From: Xylographa opegraphella
Taxonomy: Eukaryota
Reading direction: 5' to 3'
DNA length: 38,551 bases
Assembly (NCBI GenBank): GCA_022813865.1
Contig: JALDZX010000105.1
Coordinates: 1-38,551, forward strand
Under the pieces are notes generated by a model. That model ran no database searches. It saw only the letters and a program-made list of their open reading frames with translations, and was not told where the DNA came from. Both the position numbers and the translations under genes were made by a program. Position 1 is the stretch's first letter. Every line of letters starts with the position of its first letter. This document shows positions 10,101 to 23,000 of this stretch, piece after piece.

Positions 10101-13100
10101 AATTTTATAAAGATTTCGATTAAAATAAACGGTTATCGGACAACCGTAGTATTCAATATTAAAATTAATTCGAATTATATATTTAATATGTTCGCGAAAA
10201 GCTGCGATTTCGAGTTTTCAACTTTAAAATAGGTTTCAATAATTATTGTCGACGGGTTATTGAAATAGAAAAACAAACGATATATAAAGCCATTTTCTGT
10301 CGTTATTTATTAGTATCATAAAAAATAATCCTTGATATAATTATTATAACCAGGTACTATATTATTCTAGACTTATCTTGATGGATTAAATACAATATAT
10401 GTTTAAACTGGAACAGAAAAGTATTTACCAAAAAGTAAATTAATCGCGTTATTGATATATATTTTATATACCGACAGAGGACGATGGTAAATAAATAAAA
10501 ATCGAAAATCGATCGAGATTATAAAATTTTTATTTTCGGATAAAATAATTTTATTCGAGAGTTCGACTCGATACGCATTAGCAAGAGCTAACAGAACAAA
10601 TTAAACTAAAGTTTAAAAAAAGCAACGCATCTTTTGACATCCCTAAAAAATATAAAACGTAAATATAATTTTTTCAGGAAAAAACAAAGCTTAATGCCTT
10701 GTTTAAATACCAACCTTAGGATTATAAAATCAACCTCGAATCAGGGAAAAAGCCGAAATTTAAACCTATATACGATATAATAAAAAAAGAACTTTAAAAG
10801 CTTTGCAAATACATTAATAAAAATTTAAAAAAAGAATTTATACGAAAATTAAAATCCTTATTAAAATATTCCGTAATATTTATATTTAAAAAACACGAAA
10901 GTATGAGATTTTGTATTAGCTATCGAAAGTTAAGCGATATTACTATTAAAAATCGATATTCACTACCAAAAATCAGTAAAATACGGAACAGGTTTAATAA
11001 AGCAAATTTTTTTTATTAAATTTAACCTTCAAAACGCATATAATTTAATAAAAATAAAAAAAGGCGAGGATTGGAAAACTGTGTTTCGAAGTAAATTTAA
11101 ATACTACGAATATTAAATTATATTTTTTAAATTAACCAATACGCTAGTTACTTATCCGGCATTGATTAACAACGTATTAAAAACATATTTAAATTTAACG
11201 ATAATAGTTTATTTAAACGATATATTTATTTACTCGAAATTAGCAAAAAAACATATAACGTATATATAAAAAATACTTACATGTCTGAAAAAAGCAAAAT
11301 TGCTTTTTAAATTAAAAAAATATAAATTTAGCAAAAACGAAATAGCCTTTCTAGGATTTATAATTAGCAAAAACGGAATTAGAATAAATTTAAAAAAATA
11401 CAAACCATACTCGAATAGCCTCGATCAAGAATAGCAAAAAAAATCTTGGAATTTCTAGGGTTTACAAACTTTAACAATCCTTTTATTAAAAATTACGCGA
11501 AAAAGGCGATACCTCTGACGAACCTGATATATAAAAATATAAATTTTAAATGGAATTCAGACCAGCAACGAGCCTTTGATATTTTAAAAAAGAATTGTAT
11601 AAAATTACCAGTTTTAATAATATTCCAGGTAGAAAAACCTGCAAAAATGAAAATAAACGTATTAAACTTAGCAATAAATGGATATTTACTGTAAATGCAT
11701 AACGGAAAATGGCACCCTGTTACATATTATTCAAAAAAACATTATAAATAAAATAGAACTATAACATTTACGACAAAAAATTACTCGTTATAATAGTATT
11801 TATTTAAAACTAAAAAGTATACGTAAAAAGTTGCTCCGAGTTTACTATTTATACAGACTACAAAAACCTGTTAAATTTTACAACAATAAAAATACTCAAT
11901 AGAAAATAAATAAAATAGGCAGAACTTTTAAAACAGCACAAGTTCAAGATTATATATATACCAGGCAAAAACAATAAAAGAGCAGATATATTTAGCAGAA
12001 AAAAAATCTAATAAATTAGGAATTTATAAAGGAAGCATTGCTACAGGAAAATAGCAGTAAAACTTTTATTTTTGCAAAATAAATCGCTATTTTCGAGATA
12101 AAAACGATTGTCACAGACTTAACAGAACTGTTACCAGAAAAAATAATCAAGTATTATTACGATGATTTAGCAAATAAACATTCAGGAATTACCAAAACAA
12201 TGGAATTTATAAAGAGAAACTACGAATTCCCGAACATAAAAAAATATATAAAAGAATATATTAAGAAATATATACTCTGCTAAAAAAACAAATCAACCAG
12301 ACATGCGATATACGAAAATATTTAATTTTTAAATATTCTAAAAAATTCGTAGAAGCAAATTTTAATTAACTTTATTACGAAACTGCTAAAGTTAGAAAAT
12401 TTAACTATAAAATGAAAATATAATTCAATAATAGTACTTATAAACGAATCTATCATACACTTTATTATTATACTTTTTAGGAAAACGTTTATAATAAAAT
12501 AATTAATATCTCTTTTATTGAATAAACTAATAAAAAATTACGAATTCCCAGCAGAAATAATATTTGATCGAAATAAACTGTTTACATCGAACTTTTAAAA
12601 GACTTTGATATTTGAATCAAAAGTTAAGTTGAAAATATTAATCGTTCATTATTTACAAATAAATAGTTAAACAGAAAGAATAAATCAAAACCTTAAAATA
12701 TATTTAAAATACTTTATTAATTTCAAACAAAATAATTATCTATCTTTATTGCTTTTAAAATAGCTAGTATTGAATAATAAATAATAAATAATTCGCAACG
12801 ACGAGGATGTCGCCGTTTTTCGCAAATACGCAACAATATTTAAAATTATTTGAAAAAAAGATCGAGAGTTAATACTAATAAAACAATAATATTAGCCAAA
12901 GATTAAAAAAATACGTATAAAACGCTATCGACAAAGATTTAGCAAAGCAACGACAAAATTGCTACTGCGATACGTAATAATAAAAAAATGGGTCTTAACT
13001 AAAAAAGGGGGATAAAGTATATTTCTTTACAAAGAATTTAACAATCAGCAAAAATCGAAGCAAAAAACTCGATTATGTCAAGGTCGAATGATTTTTAATT

Positions 13101-13333
13101 AAATAAATTAAAGAATTAACTAACTATTTTCTCGACCTGCTAAAAAATGTAAAAATATATTTAATATTCTATATTTTTTTATTGAAATCAGCGAACGAGA
13201 GTACTTTATTATAAATAATCTTTCGGTACAACAAAATGAAACAGGAATTCGAAATAAAGAAAATTCTAAACAAGTAAGGTTAGAATTATTTAATTAAATA
13301 AAAAAATATCTAAAATTAAATAATACTTGGGAA

Positions 13334-13565
13334 TGTTACGGCTCGCTATCTCACCAGAAAAGCAGGCCTAGAACCACAGCTATAGGTGAGCGATTTCAAC
13401 CTAGAATAATACAAGGAAGCAAGTTTANNNNNNNNNNNNNNNNNNNNNNNNNNNNNNNNNNNNNNNNNNNNNNNNTAACCGCTTTCGAACTAGCCTGAGT
13501 CCCGGACGCGCTTTAGTCTCGTTCCGTCTATCACTTGTTAAGGTGCCATGTAACACGCCGTTACA
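13334..13565 (+). mobile_element. Un-RIPed LTR (solo or collapsed element) inserted in the chromodomain, TSD GGGAA
   Basis: TGTTACGGC...GCCGTTACA ends. GGGAA at 13329-13333 and 13566-13570. Removing the insert restores the codons TGG GAA CCA (W-E-P). Confidence 0.93.
13428..13475. other. Assembly gap (48 N)
   Basis: Run of N inside an LTR. Confidence 1.
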
Positions 13566-13660
13566 GGGAACCACTTACTAATCTTGAAAACTGCCAGAAG
13601 TTTTTTTTAACAATTCTATTAAGTAAAGCTAAAATTTCAGAAAAAAAAGCTTTTAAAGTC

Positions 13661-14089
13661 TCAGGAGAAAAAAAAAAGAGAAAAAACCTCGAAAAAATCG
13701 TTAATAAAGGCTTTCGCCTCCCGACGTTTATTATTTTTCAAGGTTTCGATGTTAGATATTTTACGCTAAAATATCTCCCGTTCCTCGTTTTCAATATTTA
13801 AAAGTCGATATTTTTTACGTTCAAGAGTTTCTCTTAATTTAACCACTCGGCGTTTTATTTTACTCTTTCGTTTTTTTAAATTACGGCGGTCGGTCTCGAT
13901 GATAATTTAAAAATAACGAGTTTTAGCGGCAATACAATTTGCGCAGAACTTCGACTTCGAACTTTTTTTATAAACTAAATGTTTCTTAATATAACGATCG
14001 TAAGAATACATCGTAAATTTTCTATTATTACGAATAATATACGACTGAACCTTTGGGCGGAAAACGCTAAATAATTTATATTTTGACAT
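13661..14089 (-). pseudogene. Antisense extra ORF of the chromovirus: Zn(II)2Cys6-like cluster plus coiled-coil-like segment (RIP-damaged, ~143 codons)
   Basis: 'YDRYIKKHLVYKKSSKSKFCANCIAAKTRY' gives C-x2-C-x6-C-x8-C-x2-C-x6-C when TAY codons are reverted to TGY. The frame continues past TAA (13907) and TAG (13766) as 'ETDRRNLKKRKSKIKRRVVKLRETLERKKYRLLNIENEEREIF*RKISNIETLK'. An un-RIPed homologue lies at 26574-26404. Confidence 0.8.
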
Positions 14090-14130
14090 AATACAAGGAA
14101 ACTGCTAAAATTCTTTTAAAATAAAAACCT

Positions 14131-14145
14131 GGCAGGGAAAGCTAA
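14131..14145 (+). other. Polypurine tract
   Basis: GGCAGGGAAAGCTAA directly before the 3' LTR; the un-RIPed version GGCGGGGGAAGCTAG is at 26616-26630. Confidence 0.8.
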
Positions 14146-14509
14146 TAATAAGGTTCTAACCAATATTGTGTAAAATAGGGGTCGAATTTTTTATTTCAAA
14201 TGCTTTCTTTACCTTTGCAAAAGATATGAAAAGCATAATTTTTTTGCTTTAATAGCCTTCCTCGAAAGGCATAAAAGATATTTTGACATAAAACTTTTAT
14301 ATAAAATAAAGAATTTCGTTTATTGTAAAAGACGTATTCAATTTATATTATAATCTTAGACTAATTAATAGGCTTCAATACAATATTATACGAAAATTAT
14401 TATTTTTTGAAAAACGATAAATTTGTTACTGTGCTTTTTTATTTATTTATTAACGAAATCAACTCAAATCCCTAATCGAACTATATTGATGAGAAGCAGA
14501 ATCATATTA
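14146..14509 (+). repeat. 3' LTR of the chromovirus
   Basis: TAATAAGGTTCT...ATCATATTA; aligns to 8103-8462. Confidence 0.92.
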
Positions 14510-14952
14510 TTACGAAATTATAAAATACTTTATTTAAAAAAATTAAAAAATACTGCTTTAAAAAGCGACATAAAATAGTTCGCTAAAAAAAGTTAAATAA
14601 AACATTTTATCGAAAAAGTTAAAAATAGCCGCTATTTACGAAGTTTTATTTTAAACAGATTAAATTTTTAAAAAAATGTTACAAATAAAATATCATTTTG
14701 CATATAAAATAGCAAAAATTATTAAGCGAAAATTTAAATCGTCGTAAACCCGACGACGTTCATATATAAATATATAATTTTATAGTTTTTTATAATTAAT
14801 ATAATATATTTATCTATTTTTATATTTTATATAAAATAATCACTGCGTAATCAATATTTATCGTACCTTTCAATATTTCTTGCAAAAAAAAATTGATTCG
14901 AGCCTGGTTCGAGTCTGACTCGAGTTTGCTTATTCAATTCGAGTTTACGCTT

Positions 14953-15224
14953 TATTACGATTTTAAATCTCATTAATTCAATTTAATTAAAATTTTGAAT
15001 TAAATTCGTTAATGAATGAAGAACAAAATATAATAATAATTTTATCGTTTTGAAAATAACAATAATTCTCGTACAAAATTGTATTAAAAGTTTTATTTTA
15101 TAAATTAACTACGTATTTTATAATATAGAAAATTCTTTTTTTTGTATAAAAGCTTTATTCTCGATATTTTTCAAAAATTTTAAACTTTACGCTCGTCAAC
15201 TTTAAAATTTATAAAATATCGACG
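14953..15224 (-). repeat. LTR of the 8103-14509 family in opposite orientation, split by the 15225-25990 element (remainder ~25991-26050)
   Basis: Reverse complement '...ttaatacaattttgtacgagaattattgttattttcaaaacg...ttaacgaatttaattcaaa...aaaatcgtaata' matches 8330-8462. Confidence 0.75.
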
Positions 15225-15493
15225 TGTAATGGAATTATATATGCTTCGCAGTAATATTCTATAGTGAAAACGACAAATAATCATTAAATAAAGAAAATAA
15301 AGGAGCGTAGCGATTTTATATCATTGAAATTACGATTATATTAATTATTTTGTAGCCAGAAACTGTACTAAATTAAATTTATTGAAAATCGATATATATT
15401 ATACATTATTTTAAGAATACTTTTTTAGAAAAATTGTATAATAAAAACGCGAAACGCTTTTATTAATTTAAATAATCGTCCAATCTTATTATA
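15225..15493 (-). repeat. 3' LTR of the 10.8 kb element
   Basis: TGTAATGGAATTATAT...TTATTATA; aligns with 25724-25990. Confidence 0.88.
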
Positions 15494-18400
15494 TTTTTTT
15501 TGAAAAGAGTTTAAACGTTCCCGCTTGAAAAGTTCGTAAAATGTTCATTGTTTAATAGTAATTCGCCGGCTTTACTATTTTCGACTTCGTTTCTTTTACA
15601 GTTTTAATATGTATATTTCGATTATTTCTTAATTTGAAAAAGGGGGTTATCGGCTTCAAATAAGTTTAGTTTATTAATTATATAGTAAAAATACGATTAA
15701 ATTTTAAATATGTTTTACTCGAACGCTCGAATTTCTTTTATTATTCGTAAAATTTTTAAGGCGGCCTTTTCTTTCTAAACTTTAATATAAACGACTCGGG
15801 CTTTAAATTTTGAATTTAATAGTATTTTTAAACTTTTAACGATTATCAAATTAATCTAGCAAATTCGATTAATTAAAATATTTAAAAAAAAACTTTTAAT
15901 TCTATTATTTATAATGCAGTCGAAAAGGCGTAAAAAGGCTTTTAAATATATTTTCAAGACTCGAAAGGAATAAAAGCTCGAGGAGCAAATTACGATAAAT
16001 TATTAATAATTTTATCTAAATTTTGAACTTAAAAACGTTTAAGATTTAATAATCTTTTTAAATTTTAATATATTAAAATAATATTGTTCGCTTAATTTCC
16101 TTGACTAATCTTTTAATTTTTGTAAGAAAAACAAAGTGAAAATATTCGGATTTATTTTATTTATTTAAATAGTGAATTATAAACTATATTTTTTAGCGTT
16201 TAACGAAATTTAATACTTATTATTAAATCGAATTATTTAATTATCAATTATTCGTTTTTTTCTCGCCAGCATTTTTGCGGTAACGTTAATTTTTTTTTAA
16301 ATATTTATATATTTTTAATAAAAGTTTCTTGCAATCGTTTTTTACTTTATTATTAAAAAAATTTAGATAAAAATTTTACCTCGCTAATTTTAAACTAGCC
16401 GCGGTATATTCAAATTAATATATCAAAAGAAATTATAATTTTTAAATTGCTGCGATTTCGTTTAATAAAAGTACAAAATTAACTACGATTTATATTTTTA
16501 AAGTTACGTAAATTATATAATACGCAAATGATTATCGAACGACTTACTGAAATATTTTATAAAATAAATGATTATAGTTACTCTATTTTTGGTTTACTTA
16601 AGAGTAATTGTATATAATAACGATATATATTAAAATTAGTTATTATTAATCGATTTAAAAAGAATTGGCCGGGCGCAATAAAAATTTTAAAAATTATTTA
16701 GTCGAATAAATTATTTAAAATAATAAATGTATCGTTTTTTTAATTCCATTTAACGACTTGATCTTTGACTTATTTTTAAATCGTCGATATATTCATGAAA
16801 TTTATATTAAAGGGGGTGAATTTATAATTATAAAATTTTAAATTATTTGCGAATCTTGCTGGTCGATTCGCCGCTCGAAAATATTATTATATTATTTTAA
16901 ATATTTTATATTTAAAAATTTTATTTTGATGATTTTAATATTTTAAAAGGGTTTATTTATTCGATTAAAATTAAAATTTTTAATTTAAAAATTCGTAGTT
17001 ATAGTCAATTCTTTTAATAAGCGTAATATATACGGCTAAAAAATTAAATTTTCGCTTAAGTTAAAAACTCGATTGATCGAATAATCGTTTGTATAAACTT
17101 ATCGCTTTTATTGACCGCTTTCAATATATTGAAAAATACGTTTAAATATTATTTACATATGTTTTTTGCTGCGAAAAAATCGCGCGCGGTAAACTGCAAA
17201 CTTTTAAATAATACGGCGCTGCTGCGAGCTTATTAATATGAATATTTTCTTTAATTTCTAACTTAAATTCCAAATTTTATCGGGATTTTTATAGCCTTTT
17301 TTAAATTAAATATTTAAAAAAAAATAAAACGTAGTAAAATAAACAGTAATTTTTTCATTTTTATTATCGTTATTATCGCTGTTTTCACTGTTATCGTTTA
17401 TTATTTATAAAATTCGAGGTTTTGATTAAATCTCTGCGATTCCCTAAAAAATTTATTTTAACAATCGAAATACGACGCGTTTTAATTATTATATATAATA
17501 TATAAAGAAAATTAATTATAAATCGCTCGAATACGTTTATGGCTACGAAAGTCGATATTATTAAAAAATATAGCTTTTAAAATATATATATCTAATATTT
17601 TTTCCAGTTCCACGCGATAAAAATTATTTTTTCTCGTTATTCTCAAGTTTTATTTAATATTCGGTTATAAAATTTCGTTAAAAATATTCGTTTAGTCGTA
17701 AAAAAATTGCGAAATTTTTATATAAATATTCGAATCTGCTTTTAAAAATTAAAGCTTTTGTTTATATTTTCAAAATATTCTTTTTTAAATTTAACTGTTT
17801 GATATTTTTTCCTTATTATTTAAATTATAGCTATTTTTCGTTTTTAGTTTTAATACTATTTAGCTTTTGCGACTATGCCCCTTTAAAATGTAATATAATT
17901 CTCTTTTTTAATAATATCAATTTAAAGCCTTTTTATATTAACTTTTTAAAAGTTTGTTTTTAGATATTTAAATTATGTTTTTAATATCGTTGAATTTTTG
18001 CATTAAAAGTTTTTTAGTATATAATATTACTGTATTTTCGACTGCGTTGAAATATATTTTAAGGTTTTAATAAAATTGTTAAAACTAAAAAAATAAATAT
18101 AATAAAGATTTAAATTAACTTTTGATACTAAAGCTATTGTCGAAATATTGATAAAAATTTTAATATTAAATTTAATAAATTTAACGATTTTTTTGTTTGT
18201 TAACCTCGTTGATTAAAATATCTTAACGACAATAAAGCTATATTTAAATATATTAATAAAATAACAAAATAAAACTCGAGGCTTTTAATTCAAAACATAA
18301 TAAAAACTAATTAGTAAAAACCTTGCTTGAAAAAAATTCGAGCTTTTGATTTAAAGTTTAAATTTAAAATCAAAAGAAAATAAAAAAAACTATTCAATAT

Positions 18401-18934
18401 AATAAATATATAAAAATTGCGCCCGCTTCCTAATACGTAAAGATAAATATAAATATAAATATGAATATAAATAAAACTCGAAAACAATTAATTATTACGT
18501 ATTATTTATTAAACGAAAAATAAAACGTGAATAAAATTATAAATATAAATATTTTTCGTTAAGCGAGCAGTAATCTGCTTAAATAATTTATTTAAAGTAA
18601 TCAAAATATTATAGCCAAGATCGTAAGTGCCAAACATAAAATATAAAAATTTATAATAAGAAATAGTCCTTCTTTTCTAAAACGAAAATAAACATTTACG
18701 CGAATTAAAATTGAAAAATAATGAATTTTTAGCTCGAATTTAAAATTATTGACTAAAAATCAAAGCTATTTGAATTTAAAAACTCGACGTTTTTATTTAT
18801 ACTATACTTTCAATATATTCGTAGTGGAAGCGAAACTCGCCTTTTATTTATAGAATTTAATTTTGAAAAGCTAAAATCGAAAGCATCGAAAATTTTAAGC
18901 TTTTGATCTGGCTTGAAATATATTATATTTTTCG

Positions 18935-21900
18935 TTTTATAAAGTTTTAAGCGTTTTTTAAATATCGTATTACGTATGATTAAATTATTAAATTTAATGA
19001 GGGTATAATTATTTCTATTACAATTTATTAATAAAATTCTGTACGACTCGGTTCATCAAAATCCAAGCTTTTTAATTATTAAATGATTTTTTTATTTCAT
19101 ATTATATAAAAACCAGGTTCCCAGGTTAATATATTTTATTTTTAACGTTTAAATTTTTATTTTAAAATTATTTATTTTGTTAGCGTATTCGTTCGAATCG
19201 AGCAATAATTTTCTTTAGAATTTTATTACGTTAAAGTAATTATTAACTTTATATTACTAATAAATTAGCTTAATTTTTAATAGTATTTTAAAAAAGCGTA
19301 TTTTAAGTAGCGATTCTCGTTTTAACGAATAAAAGATAATAATAGTTATAGATAAATTTAAATAAGGTTTTTTTATACTTTAACGAATAATAGTACGATT
19401 AGTTTATATAATAACGTATAAAAAATTTAAATTATTTATTTATTATCTTTGAAAGGCTATCGATTATAAATTTCCATTTTTTTCGATTAAATCGCTGCTT
19501 AAAAAATTGTATATAAACGCGATTACCCGTTTGATTTTATATAAATTTATTAAATTATTCGTTTAAAGCTTATCTTCAAAATTATTATTATAAATAAATT
19601 TTTCGAAAATTTTATGACGCGTAATTATATTTTTAATATAAAATTAGCGACGGCAGCTAAAAAAGGCCCTTTTTAAAATACGAGTTTTTAATTAATCAGA
19701 AATATCCTCGCAGGCGTGAATCAGATAATTTTTTTCTTAAATATAAATGATTTAACTATATTAACAGCGACTTTCTCAAACAAAATAGTAAAATAAAATA
19801 TAAAAATATTATTATTTTATAAAACGCGATCGCGTATTTGATATTCGTAATATATTTAGTAACATTTCTTGCAGATTTTATATAAATCGTTTTATTAAAA
19901 TAATATTAAATCTTTACGATAAATACTCTCACTACCTTTATAGCCCGAATAATTATATTAATAAATAATTATTTTTATTATAAATTTTTACGATTTATAA
20001 TATATCGTATAAAAATATTTTTCAAAGAGTTTGCCGTCACGGACTAAAAACCTTAAAGTTTTTTTTTTAAATTTAAAGAATTATCGTATATTTAATTTTT
20101 ACGAGCGTTTGAAAATGGTTAAATATTTCGCGATGTTGATATATTTTTCGTTATAATTTAATATGAAATTTATAATAAAGGTTTTTTCAATTAATTTTAA
20201 ACTTTTTATTATAATATTTAAAAGTTCGAAATTTGAACTTGTAAATATCAAATCGTTATTATTTATAAATATTTTCAGTACTGCGTAATAAATTTTTACT
20301 ATATTAAACTAAGAATTCAGGAATTGTTTAATACTATTATCGTCCATTTTATTATTTTTAGGCATCCAGAATCGTTTTAAAAGTTCATTAACGATGAAAT
20401 ACTTTTTTTAAATACGTATCGTATATTACAGTTAATATATGGAATTTATATAAATTATTAATTAAACAATACTTCGAGTATATTCGCCACGCCCTTGCTG
20501 AACTAATTTATTAAATTTTAAATATTTATTTTAAATAATAAAATAAATCTCGTATAAATATTATTTAATTTTTTTTAAAAATTTTTAAAATTTTAATAAA
20601 ACTTAATACTCTCGCTTGCCTGTATCGTATATGACTTTTATAAAATATTATATTTTATTATTATATTTCTAAATATACTTTCAAAAACCGTTAAAAGCAA
20701 TTTTCATAAAAAAAGATTTTTATTTTATTAAATTGATATTTATAATTAATATAATTTCGCGTTTATTGAAGGCCTCGTAATTTAATAATTAAATCGCAGA
20801 GACAAAAATAATGCAAAGTTTTAAATAATTCATAGCTTTTTATTGGGTTTTCTCCCATATAATTTTTTTTAAAAACGTATATCGAAGCTGCGATAAAAAC
20901 AAAACCCTTAATTTGTAAACGAAAATAAATATAAATATTAATAAAAACACGCATATTTTTCAAATTTATATATAATAGCTATTTAATAATTTTCAAAATT
21001 TTCATTAATTTCGAGGTACGTTCATCAAAATCATAAATAAATTTAATAATCTTTAGATACTTGATGATAAAATAAAATTTTAAAGTTAGTATATACTGAC
21101 CGGTAGTTTTAACGTTTAGAAGTCTTTTATTTAAATTTTATATATATTTTAAAATATAACGACGGGTTTTAGGCAGCGCTTCAACGTTATTATAAATAAT
21201 ACGAAAACCTTTAACATCGATATTATTGATAAATATACAAACAATTATAAATATTAAATTTTTTAAAATTTAAATTATTATTTTACAAAATTAAGCGACC
21301 GAATTTATTAATTTTTCAATAATAATATAAGTTTTTTAAAACCCCTAAAGGTATTTAAAATTGTATACAATTACGGCTAATAATATTAAATAAAATTTAG
21401 TTATATTTTAACTATATATTTACGAGACTAACGAATTTTAGGCCTGCAAATTCTTTGATAAAATCTTAAATGTTCGAAGGCATAATGACATTTTAAATGA
21501 AAGTTTTATTAATTAACATAATAGTATTAATTAACATAATAGTATTAATCAGTCGTTATTTCCCTTTATTAGCTTTTTTTAATCAAAAATTAAAAATTGC
21601 GATAAAATTTATAATATTATTTTAAAATCCCCGTGTTCAATCGATTTTTTAATATTTTAATAACCTTTGATTTTAAAGCTTTAAAAACGTAAAATCCAGG
21701 TGCCTATTATATTTTATACTTGATGATTTTCATTTTCTGCGAAAAGGCAATTTTTTTACGAATTTAATTAATATAAATAAAGTTTTAACCTAAAAATGCT
21801 TCCTTGTTAAATAATATGATTAAAATCAATTCTTTTATTTACAATTGAATATTTCTCAATTTTAAAATTTTAACACGCTTTAAAATTAGCTTAACATTAA

Positions 21901-22700
21901 CTGTTATTTTAATATTACGGAAAATAATTAAATATTCGTTCGAGTTTAGCTCGAGTTATTATATGTATTTAATATTTCGTAAAAATTTATTTTTTAGGCT
22001 ATTAAACGCTAAGGATTTTCGCCAGAAAAATTCGTTCAATTAATAAATTATATTTTATCGGCCTTGCGTTTATATGTTATTTAAATATTTCTTTTCCGCT
22101 TTATATCGTACTGTAAATCCCATCGCCTTAACAGTTAAAAATGAATCGTTTCTTAAATTTTAATGATTTAAATATAAATACAACATTATTTATTATTGAA
22201 TTTTGATTAGTTAATAAATTTTTAAATATAATTCCTGGGGTTTCGTACTAACGAACCTTAAATATATTGATAATTATTTTTATTGGTCGATAGAATAAAA
22301 AATAGTTTCGACGCTTATTCTTTTAAATTTTTCTTATAATAAAAAATATTAAGAAATAGCTATAAAAATATTTTCTTTTTAAAATATTTGCTCGTGCGTA
22401 CGCTCTCGAAGCGAACAGTAATATTAAAATCAAGGTTCATTATTTTAATTTCGATTTTATTTAACGATAATATTTTTATAATTAGAAAAATTACATTTAA
22501 AGAAAGTATTCTAAAACCAAAAGTTAATTGATGTATTTAACTATAAATATCGCTTGAAAAATAGTAATTAATTTTTTCTCGACCTTAATATTTTTACAAA
22601 TTATTTTTAATATTATTTCGTGGTTCTTAATATTTATCAATCGTATTCGCTGATTAATCGTAAAAAATATTTTAAATTTTTAAATTAATTATTTTTAAAC
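18935..22700 (-). pseudogene. pol: pol pseudogene (RT, RNase H, integrase; no chromodomain)
   Basis: 'FINNIDVKGF' at ~21233 (FIDD). ORF 20963-20763 'RVFINIYIYFRLQIKGF' is the connection domain. 'YDTGKRE' at ~20630 (RNase H). 'KRVIAFIYNF*AA...IIDSLSK' at ~19530-19450 (integrase). 'PGNLVF...KLGF**TESYRI...KRLKLY' at ~19125-18940 (GPY module). The upstream limit is approximate. Confidence 0.85.
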
Positions 22701-22912
22701 AATTAATCTTTATTTCTAAATTTATTAAGGCGGTTGTAGTTATATCGTTTATTTATATTATAGCTCTTGAGCTCCGTAAGAAATAAAGAATATTTTTTAA
22801 AATTATTGTTTCGCCTGATTATACCCGTATTATTTACCGTAATTTATTAATTTAAATTTTGTTAATAATATTCGATTTTGCGGATTTAAATATTAATTTA
22901 TAAATAAATATA

Positions 22913-23000
22913 AACGTTAATAAGTCTTTAACGTTAATAAGTCTTTAACATTAATAAGTCTTTAACGTTAATAAGTCTTTAACGTTAATAAGTCTTTAAC
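22913..23000. repeat. 17-bp tandem repeat AACGTTAATAAGTCTTT, ~5 copies
   Basis: Direct reading. Confidence 0.9.

Larger units (their letters stand above)
10100..13620 (+). pseudogene. pol: Gypsy pol pseudogene (PR, RT, RNase H, integrase, chromodomain)
   Basis: 'IIVYLNDIFIYS' at 11201 (YLDD). ORF 11446-11694 'FLGFTNF...FKWNSDQQRAFDILK' is the RT-RH connection. 'IYDKKLL' RNase H at ~11765; integrase ~12150-13150; chromodomain 'NTWE|PLTNLENCQK' split by an insertion at 13334. Confidence 0.93.
8103..14509 (+). mobile_element. Full-length RIP-inactivated Ty3/Gypsy chromovirus with 5-bp TSD TTACG
   Basis: Paired LTRs 8103-8462 and 14146-14509. TTACG at 8098-8102 and 14510-14514. Domain order gag-PR-RT-RH-INT-chromodomain. 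PPT before the 3' LTR. Confidence 0.95.

Noticed and set aside
19110..19130. 'TWEP' chromodomain motif on the minus strand
   Set aside because: Another frame gives 'PGNLVF', continuous with the integrase GPY module, so the TWEP is coincidental.
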